Of a DNA stretch of 30,750 nt, positions 15,894 to 25,185 are shown in pieces. The translations under genes and the position numbers were made by a program. The DNA is taken from IMG/VR virus record IMGVR_UViG_3300017655_000251, positions 1 to 30,750 of that record; one strand, written 5' to 3'. The notes below the pieces were generated by a model. It was not told the DNA's origin. It did not search any database and worked only from the letters and a program-made list of their open reading frames with translations. Every line of letters starts with the position of its first letter. Position 1 is the stretch's first letter. The DNA is from a virus. Taxonomy: Duplodnaviria > Caudoviricetes.

Positions 15894-16147
15894 GCCGGCA
15901 GACCCATCATGTCGGGCGTGCGGTAGCGGCGCTGGCTGTAGCGAGCTGCGCAGCCCAAGCCGGGTGCCACCCCGCACTGGCGGACAGCTACGTGGACGCG
16001 GTGTGCTGCGAGGTCACCGCCGCCACCAGCCGAGCGAGGGCAGTCGAAGCGGCGCTGCAGGCGCCGAATGGGGCCCCCGTTGCGGACGGGCCGACACCGC
16101 CGGCAGCGAGCCGGACCGGGCGCGGGTCCTTCCTGGGCCGAGGCTGA
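15890..16147 (+). CDS. Hypothetical protein, possibly exported/lipoprotein; 3' end overlaps cosQ
   Basis: 85 aa; ATGA-coupled; AVAALAVASC is a weak lipobox candidate. Confidence 0.4.
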   Translation: MSRQTHHVGRAVAALAVASCAAQAGCHPALADSYVDAVCCEVTAATSRARAVEAALQAPNGAPVADGPTPPAASRTGRGSFLGRG

Positions 16148-16169
16148 GATACGGGCGCTAGACACGCGG
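16124..16169 (+). other. Lambda-like cos site (cosQ and cosN)
   Basis: GGGTCCT (identical to lambda cosQ) at 16124-16130, 22 bp before TAC-GGGCGCTAGACA-CGCGG (lambda TACG-GGGCGGCGACCT-CGCGG); just upstream of terS. Confidence 0.75.
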
Positions 16170-16240
16170 AATTTGCCTAGTTTTTTGACCGCATGGGGGG
16201 TTGTAACTGTGATCCCGCCAGCCATCACCCGCTCACCACC

Positions 16241-16780
16241 ATGACCACGATCAACCTCAACTCCGCGCCGACGCAAACGCTGTTCGCCCAGCTCGTCGGG
16301 TGCAGCCAACAGGCGATTGCCGAGCGCGTAAAAGCCGGACAGCTCGCCGTCGGCGGCACGCTCGGGAGCTGGCTGCAGGCCTATTGCGACCAGCTCCGCA
16401 AAGAAGCTGCGGGCCGCGCCGGCGACGCACAGAACTCACTCACCCACGCACGCATCGAGGAGGCACGGGAGAACACTGCGGAAAAACGACAGCGACGACT
16501 CAAGGACGCCGGCGATCTGTTGCTCAAGGGCGACGTAAAAATGATGGTGGTGCCACTGGCCCAGGCCATGCATGCGGCCGTCAACCAAGCCGAAGACGAG
16601 ATCCGCGAGCTTGTGGCTGTCAAGCGCAACATCACCCTCGACGACGATGAGCTCCACGAACCCCTACGACTTGCCCTCGGACGGGTTGCGGATCATGCGC
16701 GAAAGCTGCGCGACTCTCTGGGACTCGATGATCCAGGAGCTGGAGCCGAAACCGATACCTCCGACAGCAGAGTGGGCTGA
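16241..16780 (+). CDS. Terminase small subunit (Nu1-like)
   Basis: N-terminal HTH TQTLFAQLVGCSQQAI, coiled coil ending GDLL; lies between cos and the large subunit; start uncertain. Confidence 0.8.
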   Translation: MTTINLNSAPTQTLFAQLVGCSQQAIAERVKAGQLAVGGTLGSWLQAYCDQLRKEAAGRAGDAQNSLTHARIEEARENTAEKRQRRLKDAGDLLLKGDVKMMVVPLAQAMHAAVNQAEDEIRELVAVKRNITLDDDELHEPLRLALGRVADHARKLRDSLGLDDPGAGAETDTSDSRVG

Positions 16781-18734
16781 GGACGAATACCGGCTGCCCG
16801 CCGAGAGCGGCGACACGCACGGCAACTATCGACTGAACTACGTGCCGTATATGCACGGCATTTTCGCGGCGCTCGACGACCCCAACGTACGTGAAGTCGT
16901 CGTGATGAAAGCAGCGCAAATCGGGTGGACGTTCGCGCTGCTGGCGTGGCTGTTTAGGGCTATACGGTTCACCGCGTGCACCATCGTTGGCATGTTTCCG
17001 AAAGAGGCGGCGGCCAAGCAATTCAACGATGAAAAGCTGGTGCCTGCCGTGCGTGCCACGCCGGCAATCGACGACCTGATCGACACCACCAGCTCTCGCA
17101 AGTCCACGAACACCGCACTGTTCAAGTCGCTCCCCAACGGCTTCCTAAAGCTGGTTGGCTCGAAATCGATCAGCAGCGTGAAATCCACGCCGGCCCGCAT
17201 CGTGTTTGTTGAGGAGCCAGACGACGCTACGGACGACCTAGCAAAGCAGGGCAACGCCATCAAGCTCCTGTGGGAGCGCACCAAGCGCATCCCCAACAGC
17301 AAGCGGATCATGGGCGGCACCCCGTCGGTCAAGGGGCTCTCGAAAGTCGAGGATCACATCAAACGATCCGACAAGCGGGTGCTGCCAATCGAGTGCCACG
17401 ACTGCGGCGAGCGCCATGTGCTCGACTGGGCGAACGTGTCTTGGCAGGACGCCGAGGATGGACGCGAACACGAAGTGTACGGTAAGGCGCTGCCTGAAAC
17501 GGCCGTCTACGCGTGCCCGAACTGCGGCAGCGTCTGGGACGACTACCAGCGCCGCCAAAACATCCGGAACACGGTGCAGGAAGCGCTGGAGGTCGGCGAT
17601 CCGCTATGCGGCTGGACGCCCACCGCGCAGTACTCCGGCATCGTCGGGTTCATGGAGCTAAGCGAACTCTATTCCTGCCTGCCAGGTGCCGGACTCGAGG
17701 ACCTCGTGCGCGACCATCTCAGCGCGGAATATGAGGCGGCGCACGGCGATGAGACGGAGCGGATCGTATTTGACAATTCGAAATTGGCGCGGCCATACGA
17801 GTACCAGGACGACCAGGCCAGCCGCGACGAACTGAAGGAGCTGGCCCTCGATTACCCGGAGCAGTTATGTCCTGCAGGCGGCCTGCTGATGACTGTCGGC
17901 ATCGACGTACAGCACAACCGCATCGCGGTGATCAAGCGCGCGTGGGGCCGTGGCGAAGAGTCCTGGGGCCTGCTCTGGGTAGAGATCTACGCCAAGACCG
18001 CCACGACGGACAAGTCCGACCAGGTGTGGACGGACCTGGAGAACTTGACGTTTGCCGCCGTGGAGCACGCCTCCGGCACCAGCATCTATCCGTCGGCGGT
18101 GAGCATCGACAGCTCGGACGGCCAGACGAACGACGCGGTGTATTCATGGGTGCGGCGGATGAACAAGGCACACCCTGAAGTGCTGGTCATGGCGATCAAG
18201 GGATCGAGCGCGCAAACGGATCCGGAGATCTTCGCCACACCACCAAGAAAGAGCATCGATCACCACAACCCGGACAAGCAAACCAAGGCCGACCGCTGGG
18301 GACTCAAGCCCTACATCGTTGGCACCGGCAAGGCGAAGGACTGGCTTGCGGCGCACATGAAACTCTCTGGCGTTGGGCCCGGACGATTCCACCAGTCCAA
18401 GCACGTGCGCGAAGACTACTGGGATCAGGTCACGGGCGAAGTGAAAGCGCCGCACCGAACCCTCAAAAACAAAAAGGTTTGGCAGCGCAAAAGCGGCTGC
18501 GCGGTGGAGGCCTGGGACTGCGAGGTGTACGCGCTACACGCCGCACGTGCCCGACGCATCCACCTGAAGTCGGCCGCCGACTGGGATGCGCTGGAGCAGA
18601 AGTTGCTGCAAGCCGACCTTTTCAGCGTGGCCGTCCAGGCGCCGAAGCCGGCTGCCGCTGCGCCCGCGAAAGACACCAGCGCCGTGCAGCAGCAGCTCGC
18701 AGACCTGGCACGCCGCTTCGGCAACGGCAGCTGA
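16695..18734 (+). CDS. Terminase large subunit (lambda GpA family)
   Basis: VMKAAQIGWT, VFVEEPD, GGTP, CHDC...CPNC, GIDVQ, EAWDCEVYA; start uncertain (16695 or 16728). Confidence 0.93.
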   Translation: MRESCATLWDSMIQELEPKPIPPTAEWAEDEYRLPAESGDTHGNYRLNYVPYMHGIFAALDDPNVREVVVMKAAQIGWTFALLAWLFRAIRFTACTIVGMFPKEAAAKQFNDEKLVPAVRATPAIDDLIDTTSSRKSTNTALFKSLPNGFLKLVGSKSISSVKSTPARIVFVEEPDDATDDLAKQGNAIKLLWERTKRIPNSKRIMGGTPSVKGLSKVEDHIKRSDKRVLPIECHDCGERHVLDWANVSWQDAEDGREHEVYGKALPETAVYACPNCGSVWDDYQRRQNIRNTVQEALEVGDPLCGWTPTAQYSGIVGFMELSELYSCLPGAGLEDLVRDHLSAEYEAAHGDETERIVFDNSKLARPYEYQDDQASRDELKELALDYPEQLCPAGGLLMTVGIDVQHNRIAVIKRAWGRGEESWGLLWVEIYAKTATTDKSDQVWTDLENLTFAAVEHASGTSIYPSAVSIDSSDGQTNDAVYSWVRRMNKAHPEVLVMAIKGSSAQTDPEIFATPPRKSIDHHNPDKQTKADRWGLKPYIVGTGKAKDWLAAHMKLSGVGPGRFHQSKHVREDYWDQVTGEVKAPHRTLKNKKVWQRKSGCAVEAWDCEVYALHAARARRIHLKSAADWDALEQKLLQADLFSVAVQAPKPAAAAPAKDTSAVQQQLADLARRFGNGS

Positions 18735-18749
18735 TTACTGGAGACAGCA

Positions 18750-18959
18750 ATGGCGACACAACAGCAGCTGCAGGAGGCTGAGGCCGCGCTGCACAAACTG
18801 ATCACCGGCAAGCAGGTTGTCAGCGTAACGATCGATGGGGTGCAGACCCAGTACACGCCCGCACAGGTGCCGGTGCTGCGCGCGTACGTCAACGAGCTCC
18901 GCGCCGAACTCGGCGTGGGCGTGACCAACCGATGTCGGCCGGCGAGGGTCGTGGGATGA
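18750..18959 (+). CDS. Head-tail joining protein (gpW family)
   Basis: LQEAEAALHKLITGKQVVSV...YTPA...LRAYVNEL matches lambda gpW; position after terminase. Confidence 0.9.
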   Translation: MATQQQLQEAEAALHKLITGKQVVSVTIDGVQTQYTPAQVPVLRAYVNELRAELGVGVTNRCRPARVVG

Positions 18960-20530
18960 TGAACAAAGCAGTCAGGCTCCTCGATGCCAGCGGCATGCCG
19001 CTTACGTCGGGCTATTCTGGAGCCGGTGACGGATTCGGGGGCCAGCTCCGCAACTGGTCGCCGCCGCCACGCTCGGCCGACGCGGCGCTGCTGCCCGGGT
19101 TGGCGCGTGGCAATGCTCGCGCTGACGACCTGGTGCGCAACCACGGCGTGGCCCAGGGCGGTGTGCAGCTGCACGTTGACAACATCGTCGGCCACCTGTT
19201 TCGTCTGTCGGCCAAACCGCGGTGGCAGCGCCTGGGCATCAGCGAGGACGATGCGCGCAGCATCGCGCGAGACATTGAACTGTTGTGGACCGAGCTGGTC
19301 GAGGACCCCAGCGGTCTTTGGCTGGACGCCGAGCGCAAACGCACGTTCACGATGTTCGTGCGCGAGGCTGTGGCCACGCATGTAACGCGCGGCGAAGTCA
19401 TGGCGAGCGCGGAATGGATCGAAGACCGTCCACCGGATGCGCTGCGGACCGGCATCAAGACGGTCAACACACACCGCGTATCCAACCCGAACGGTCAACA
19501 AGACACCGCCGACATTCGCGGCGGCATTCGGTGCGATCGTTACGGTGCCGCGCGAAGCTACTTTGTGCGCAACACCGAGAGTACTGGACTGTTTGGTTCA
19601 GGATTTGGCGACACCTGGATCGAGGTGCCACGTGAAACATCGTGGGGCCGACAGCAGTTCTTGCATGTGTTCGAGCCAACCGAGGATGGGCAGACACGTG
19701 GCGCCAATCGTTTCCTTGCGATTCTGGAACAGTGCCACATGCTGGGCAAGCTGCAGAATACCAAGCTGCAGAACGCGATCGTCAACGCCATGTACGCGGC
19801 CACGATCGAAACGGAGCTGGGCGGTGACCTGGCGCTGGAAATCATCGGTGCCGAGGGCGGCATGGAAAAGCTGGCCTCCTACATGGGCCTGCTCGCAAAC
19901 ATGAACGAGGGGATGGATGTACGCCTGAACGGCGTCCGCATTCCGCACCTGGTGCCCGGCGAGAAACTGAACCTGCTTACGCCCAGCAATGCCGACAACG
20001 GCTTTGCCGAGCTCGAGGCCAGTTTCTTGCGGTACATGGCGTCTGGCCTGGGCCTGAGCGTCGAGCAGTTGGCGCGCGACTACAGCAAGACCAACTATAG
20101 CAGTGCGCGCGCCTCGCTGATGGAAACGTGGCGCTACTTCATGGGCCGCCGCAAAGTCATCGCGGCGCGGTACGCCAGCATGATCTATGCGCTGGTGCTC
20201 GAAGAGCTGTTCGATCGCCGACTGATCGCGCCGCCGCGCGGCGCCCGGGGTTTCTACGAAGCGAAGGCGGCCTGGTGCAACGCGGAGTGGATCGGCACCG
20301 GGCGTATCGCAATCGATGGCCTGAAGGAAGTCAAGGAGGCGGTCCTGCGCATCGAGTCCGGCTTGAGCACGTACGAAAAAGAGCTGGCCGTGATGGGCGA
20401 GGACTATCAAGAAGTGTTCGCTCAACAGGTGCGGGAAATCCAGGAGCGCAGCGAAAAAGGCCTGCCGCCACCAAGCTGGATGCGCACGCAAGCCCTGGCC
20501 CCCGACGAAGAACAGGCCGAGACGGCTTAA
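18956..20530 (+). CDS. Portal protein (lambda gpB family)
   Basis: SADAALLP, ARADDLVRN, LHVFEP..GQTRG, DYSKTNYSSARAS, IDGLKEV, GLSTYEKE. Confidence 0.95.
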   Translation: MMNKAVRLLDASGMPLTSGYSGAGDGFGGQLRNWSPPPRSADAALLPGLARGNARADDLVRNHGVAQGGVQLHVDNIVGHLFRLSAKPRWQRLGISEDDARSIARDIELLWTELVEDPSGLWLDAERKRTFTMFVREAVATHVTRGEVMASAEWIEDRPPDALRTGIKTVNTHRVSNPNGQQDTADIRGGIRCDRYGAARSYFVRNTESTGLFGSGFGDTWIEVPRETSWGRQQFLHVFEPTEDGQTRGANRFLAILEQCHMLGKLQNTKLQNAIVNAMYAATIETELGGDLALEIIGAEGGMEKLASYMGLLANMNEGMDVRLNGVRIPHLVPGEKLNLLTPSNADNGFAELEASFLRYMASGLGLSVEQLARDYSKTNYSSARASLMETWRYFMGRRKVIAARYASMIYALVLEELFDRRLIAPPRGARGFYEAKAAWCNAEWIGTGRIAIDGLKEVKEAVLRIESGLSTYEKELAVMGEDYQEVFAQQVREIQERSEKGLPPPSWMRTQALAPDEEQAETA

Positions 20531-20542
20531 CGCGAGGAACCT

Positions 20543-21856
20543 ATGCAAAGACTTGGACTCCCCCACATTGCCAGCCGCGTCCTGAATACGCCGCTGCTGC
20601 TCGAGCCAGCCTACGCGGCCACGTTTTTCAGTGCGCTGGCCAAGCGCCTCGGCATCGTCCAGCTCCTCGGCGCCGACGGCGAGATCGACGTAGGCAAGAA
20701 GCTGCAGATCGCCGCTGAGGCATTCCAGACCGCCGGCGCCGAACGCAAGTACCGCCCCTACACCGTGCAGCAGGGTGTAGCTGTACTGCCGGTCACCGGT
20801 ACCCTGGTCCACCGATACGGCTACTTGCAGCCATATAGCGGGATGACCGGTTACGACGGCATTGTGGCGCGGCACAAAGCAGCGTGCGATGACCCGGAAG
20901 TAAAAGGCGTGCTGCTGGACTTCGACACACCGGGCGGCGAGGTGTCCGGGTGTTTTGATGCCACGCGGCAGCTCGCCCGCATCGCTGCCGACAGCGGCAA
21001 ACCGCTCTGGGCCGTCTGCAACGAAATGCATTGTTCCGCCGGCATGGCCCTGGCCAGCGCCGCAGAACGGCGCCTGATCACACAAACCGCAATGGCTGGC
21101 TCTGTCGGCGTTGTCATGGCGCACGCGTCATGGCAGGGCGCGCTTGAGGAAGCCGGCATCATCGTAACGCTGATCCACTCCGGTGCACGCAAGGTCGATG
21201 GGAATCCGTACGAGAACCTCGACGAGGGCGTGATGCAGCGATTCCAAGCCGAGACTGACGGGCTGCGCCAGGACTTCGCCGCCCTGGTGTCCGAGCTAAT
21301 AGGAATGGATCTGCAAGCGGTGCTGGACACGGAAGCGGCCGTCTATCGCGGCCAGGCGGCGATAGATATCGGATTCGCTCACGAGCTCGTCAACGGCAAC
21401 GAGGCTGTGGCGATATTCGCGGAGCACCTGCGCAGCAACAACACTATGACTACCGGAGGCAACACTACTATGACCGAACCGACTACGGGCGGCATTACCG
21501 CCGCGCTTGACACCACTGCATCCGAGGGCGAACTCGCCACGGTGAGAAGCGAGGCCAGCAAAGCCGAACGCGCGCGCGTGCAGGCAATCCTTGGCAGCGA
21601 CGAAGCAAAAGGCAAAGGCAAGCTGGCCGAGCATCTGGCATTCCAGACCAGCATGACGGCGGACGAAGCGAAGGCGATGCTGAGCATGGCTGCGGAGGAA
21701 GCAAGCGCCAACGCGCTGAGCCCGCTGAGCCAGGCCATGCAGCAGGCCGGAACGCCCGGCGTTACCGCAAACCAACAGGGCGATCCGGCGAGCCCGCAGA
21801 CCAAGGCGGCCAGCATCCTGGCCTCGTACAACAAGGCCACCGGCGCCGGCAAGTAA
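20543..21856 (+). CDS. Head maturation protease, S49 family (gpC-like)
   Basis: GMTGYDGI, DFDTPGGEVSG, CSAGMALASA, GSVGV, HSGARKVDGNPY. Confidence 0.93.
   Translation: MQRLGLPHIASRVLNTPLLLEPAYAATFFSALAKRLGIVQLLGADGEIDVGKKLQIAAEAFQTAGAERKYRPYTVQQGVAVLPVTGTLVHRYGYLQPYSGMTGYDGIVARHKAACDDPEVKGVLLDFDTPGGEVSGCFDATRQLARIAADSGKPLWAVCNEMHCSAGMALASAAERRLITQTAMAGSVGVVMAHASWQGALEEAGIIVTLIHSGARKVDGNPYENLDEGVMQRFQAETDGLRQDFAALVSELIGMDLQAVLDTEAAVYRGQAAIDIGFAHELVNGNEAVAIFAEHLRSNNTMTTGGNTTMTEPTTGGITAALDTTASEGELATVRSEASKAERARVQAILGSDEAKGKGKLAEHLAFQTSMTADEAKAMLSMAAEEASANALSPLSQAMQQAGTPGVTANQQGDPASPQTKAASILASYNKATGAGK
21470..21856 (+). CDS. Nested in-frame scaffolding protein (Nu3-like)
   Basis: Internal GGAGG (21455-21459) before an in-frame ATG at 21470; ERARVQAILGSDEAKGKGKLAEHLA resembles the Nu3 region. 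Confidence 0.65.
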   Translation: MTEPTTGGITAALDTTASEGELATVRSEASKAERARVQAILGSDEAKGKGKLAEHLAFQTSMTADEAKAMLSMAAEEASANALSPLSQAMQQAGTPGVTANQQGDPASPQTKAASILASYNKATGAGK

Positions 21857-21936
21857 GAGGGCGCGCCGCCGGCGGAAGCACGGCGCACTCGTAACCACTG
21901 CAGCAATCAACCCATACACCCAAGGGAGCCACCACC

Positions 21937-22302
21937 ATGCCACCTCTTGCATCATCCAGCACAGCGTCTGACAGCAACGATCCGTTCGTGCTGGGCGGCC
22001 CTGTGCGCACCGACACCGGCAAGCTCATCACCGGCCAGAACCTGGCGGCCTATACGGCCGTTGGCCGCATCACCGCCAGCGGCAAGCTGACCAAGGCGCT
22101 GGACACAGCCGATGACGGCAGCCAAACCATCATTGGTTTTACCTGCCACGCAGTGAACGCCACCAGCGCAGACAAGGATTGCCCGTACTACTGCGCCGGC
22201 AAGTTCAACTCGGAGTTAGCGGTGATCGATGACAGCTACACCGCCACCGAGCTGAAGGCCGAGCTCGACCGCACCGGCCTGCAGCTCGAAACGCCGCTGT
22301 AG
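21937..22302 (+). CDS. Head decoration protein (gpD-like)
   Basis: 121 aa between protease and capsid; DGSQTIIG, YCAGKFN motifs. Confidence 0.85.
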   Translation: MPPLASSSTASDSNDPFVLGGPVRTDTGKLITGQNLAAYTAVGRITASGKLTKALDTADDGSQTIIGFTCHAVNATSADKDCPYYCAGKFNSELAVIDDSYTATELKAELDRTGLQLETPL

Positions 22303-22368
22303 CAACTCAGTTCAACCAGGACCGCGGTCCTGGACTACCCCACCAACAACTCTATCCAGGAGTCAGTT

Positions 22369-23379
22369 ATGTCGTACGACACAACCACGCTGCTGGGCGT
22401 AATCCAGGGATTGCGGCCGCAGAACACTTTTCTCATCGACCTCCTGTGCCCGGCGGCAGTTACGTTCGGAACCAAGGAAATTGATTTCGACAAACTCACC
22501 GATGAGTACAAGCTGGCACCATTTGTCAGTCCGGTAGTTGCGGGCAAGGCCAATGTCAAGGCCGGCGCGCTACTCCAAAAATTCTCGCCGGCGTACGTCA
22601 AGCCGAAAGACGTGATCGACCCGGAACGCGTGCTCAAACGTCTGCCAGGTGAAGGCATCGGCGGAACGCTGACACCAGCGCAACGTGCCGACGCAATCCG
22701 TGCCGACATCATCGACGACCAACGCAAGCGCATCCGCCGGCGCGAAGAGTGGATGTTGGCCCAGCTGCTGCGCACAGGCAAGGTCGTGGTGGCGGGCGAG
22801 AACTACCCCTCAGTGGAGGTCGACTTTGGGCGTACCGGCACCCTCACCAAAACGCTGAGCAGCGATGCGCGCTGGAGCGAGTCCGCCTCTACACCGAATG
22901 ATGACCTCGAGGCGTGGATGGGGCTGGTGGATGCCCCCACGACACACATCATCATGGGCCGCGGGGCGTACCGCAAGTACATCAATCACGCCTCAACGGA
23001 GAAGCTCATCAACACACAGCTGGGCTCTGACACCAAACTGGACATGGCGCCAGCACAGATGTTCGCCAGCTACAAAGGACGGCTGGGCAGCGCTGGTCCG
23101 GAGATCTGGACGTACAGCGGTTGGTATCACGACGACACCGGCGCCAAGACGCTCTACATCGCGGACAACCAGGTCGTCCTGGTTTCGACCGGAGCGGCCG
23201 GGGTGCGTGCCTACGGCGCTATCCTGGACGGCGCGAGCGGTTACGCCGAGGCCGAGCTGTTCCCGAAAAACTGGACCGAGAACGATCCGCCGGTCGAGTA
23301 CATCATGACTCAAAGCGCACCGCTGCCGGTGATTCCGCTGATCAACAGCACGCTTTGCGCCAACGTCTATACCCTGTAG
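22369..23379 (+). CDS. Major capsid protein (lambda gpE family)
   Basis: LAPFVSPVVAGK, FSPAYVKPK, RREEWM, VDFGR, IMTQSAPLP. Confidence 0.95.
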   Translation: MSYDTTTLLGVIQGLRPQNTFLIDLLCPAAVTFGTKEIDFDKLTDEYKLAPFVSPVVAGKANVKAGALLQKFSPAYVKPKDVIDPERVLKRLPGEGIGGTLTPAQRADAIRADIIDDQRKRIRRREEWMLAQLLRTGKVVVAGENYPSVEVDFGRTGTLTKTLSSDARWSESASTPNDDLEAWMGLVDAPTTHIIMGRGAYRKYINHASTEKLINTQLGSDTKLDMAPAQMFASYKGRLGSAGPEIWTYSGWYHDDTGAKTLYIADNQVVLVSTGAAGVRAYGAILDGASGYAEAELFPKNWTENDPPVEYIMTQSAPLPVIPLINSTLCANVYTL

Positions 23380-23409
23380 CCAGGCGTATAGCCGGCCAGA
23401 ACCGAGAAA

Positions 23410-23444
23410 GGGCTCGTCGATAGCGGGCGAGCCCCTTCTTTTTT
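23410..23444 (+). terminator. Intrinsic terminator after the capsid gene
   Basis: GGGCTCGTC...GGCGAGCCC stem followed by CTTCTTTTTT. Confidence 0.7.
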
Positions 23445-23455
23445 GGAGATCAGAC

Positions 23456-23803
23456 ATGACGAAGAAAGCCGCTTCCCAGACGAACAATGGGCCGACTGAC
23501 GCCGCAGAAACGCAGCCTGCCGATACCACCATCGCGCCGACTGACGCCGCAGAAACGCAGCCTGCCGATACCACCATCGCGCCGACTGACGCCGCAGAAA
23601 CAACGGCATCGCAGAACGATGAAGATGAGACAGCACCGCCGCCACCGCCCGCCGGTGTCCAGCGCTTCCGCTTCCTGCAGAGCGTTGAGGATCAGGTGGA
23701 TGGCGTGCGCACCGTGTATGACCCGGATGCCCCGCCGTGCGTACTGAGCATCGCTCAACAAAAACTCTTCACCGGACTGATAGCGCCGGTTGACGACGAT
23801 TAA
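23456..23803 (+). CDS. Acidic low-complexity protein in the gpFI position
   Basis: 115 aa; GGAG SD; FRFLQSVE...TVYDPD C-terminal domain; function inferred from position. Confidence 0.55.
   Translation: MTKKAASQTNNGPTDAAETQPADTTIAPTDAAETQPADTTIAPTDAAETTASQNDEDETAPPPPPAGVQRFRFLQSVEDQVDGVRTVYDPDAPPCVLSIAQQKLFTGLIAPVDDD
23491..23601 (+). repeat. 45-bp perfect tandem repeat, about 2.5 copies (PTDAAETQPADTTIA)
   Basis: Units start at 23491, 23536 and 23581 (last partial, 21 bp). Confidence 0.95.
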
Positions 23804-23811
23804 GGCACACC

Positions 23812-24126
23812 ATGACTCTGCGGGACGAACATATCCGTGCAGCGCGCGATGCGCTCGAGCTCGCGGGCGAGCTGGTGAGCTATACCGACACCGGCAAAGC
23901 CGCGCGCGACATCCAGGCACGGCTGGCCATTGGCGTGATGAAGCTCGACGAACAGACGTTTCCGCAGCGCATCACCGCATTGCGGGTGATCAGCGACGAC
24001 GTGGCGCCGCTCTCGAAGGCTGCACGATTCACGCGTGCAAATGGGCAGGCATACGTGCTCAAGGAGATCATCAGCGACGACGGCATCACAATCTTGGCTG
24101 AAGTCGGCAAAGTGGCGGGAACGTAA
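23812..24126 (+). CDS. Putative head-tail joining protein (gpFII position)
   Basis: 104 aa, beta-rich, ends YVLKEIISDDG; synteny. Confidence 0.6.
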   Translation: MTLRDEHIRAARDALELAGELVSYTDTGKAARDIQARLAIGVMKLDEQTFPQRITALRVISDDVAPLSKAARFTRANGQAYVLKEIISDDGITILAEVGKVAGT

Positions 24127-24127
24127 C

Positions 24128-24808
24128 ATGATTGACTTCGACCTGCGGAACATCGACGAGCTGAAAAAACGGTTTGATCCAGACCTTGTACGCGCCGCCG
24201 AGCAGGCCGCGATCAACAAGACGCTGGCAAAAACCCGCACGCACGTGTCCGGCAAGGTACGTGCTTTCTACAACGTGGCCGCCGGTGCCGTGTCCAGGCG
24301 CGTGAAACTGCGCAAAGCGATACAGGGCAGCCGGTACGGCGCACTCATCTATACGGGCGGCCGCATCGGGCTGATTAACTTTGGCGCCAGGTCGAAGTTA
24401 ATCACGATCGCCAGGGCGTCCAAGCGAAAGGGCTCCAAGCGCCCGCGCTGGGGTAACAAGCGCCAGGCCGTTACTGTGCAGGTCAGGAAGGGCGGCGGCA
24501 GAAGGCCGGTGGCCGCGCGAATCAGCGCCACGGGCGCCAAGCACTCAGCAGGGTTTATCGTCACCGGCGCCAACGGCAACCGCCATGTGTTTTATCGACG
24601 CGGGTCGAGCCGCATGGATATCGCGGCGGCGCACACCTGGTCCATTCCGGAAATGGTGATCAATGCTGCGGGGCGGGCCGGCTCGCTGCAGGATTACTAC
24701 GAGTTTATGAACGACACGCTCGACCTGGAATTCGGCCAGGCCATGGAGCACCTCTTGGGGCTTGAATCCAATGATCCACCAGATACGGGCCCTGTTGAGC
24801 CAGGTTGA
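24128..24808 (+). CDS. Putative tail completion protein (gpZ-like)
   Basis: Highly basic; AINKTLAKTRT motif; synteny. Confidence 0.7.
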   Translation: MIDFDLRNIDELKKRFDPDLVRAAEQAAINKTLAKTRTHVSGKVRAFYNVAAGAVSRRVKLRKAIQGSRYGALIYTGGRIGLINFGARSKLITIARASKRKGSKRPRWGNKRQAVTVQVRKGGGRRPVAARISATGAKHSAGFIVTGANGNRHVFYRRGSSRMDIAAAHTWSIPEMVINAAGRAGSLQDYYEFMNDTLDLEFGQAMEHLLGLESNDPPDTGPVEPG

Positions 24809-25169
24809 GGCATTCGCCGACAAAGTGGAATGCGCAGAAGATCTGGAGGCTGCGGTACTTACGAACTACGAACCCGCCGACCTGCCGCGCGTGCTGCTGT
24901 TCTACGGCGATCACGATTACCTCAGCCGCGAGAACAACTTGCGCGCATCACAAGAGATGATCAAACAGGTGGTCGCTGTCCTGTACTGCACGCTCGCGGA
25001 TCTCGACAACCTCGAGCGCACGCTGGTGTCCACAGTGCTCGGCTATGTCCACCAGGCTGCGTACGATCACGGCCTGGAAGCGAGCGAAAGCAAGACCAAA
25101 CGGCAAACCTCGCACTATCTCGCGCGCCGCATCGTATTCACCCAAACCACGCGCGTCGTACGCGCCTAG
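24771..25169 (+). CDS. Putative tail terminator protein (gpU position)
   Basis: 132 aa directly before the tail tube region; synteny only. Confidence 0.6.
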   Translation: MIHQIRALLSQVEAFADKVECAEDLEAAVLTNYEPADLPRVLLFYGDHDYLSRENNLRASQEMIKQVVAVLYCTLADLDNLERTLVSTVLGYVHQAAYDHGLEASESKTKRQTSHYLARRIVFTQTTRVVRA

Positions 25170-25185
25170 CCAACTGGAGGCACTC

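Noticed and set aside
18425-21124. Long antisense ORFs (358 aa and 508 aa) and similar shadow ORFs elsewhere
   Set aside because: They mirror well-supported genes on the other strand, as expected from GC-rich codon bias; no motifs
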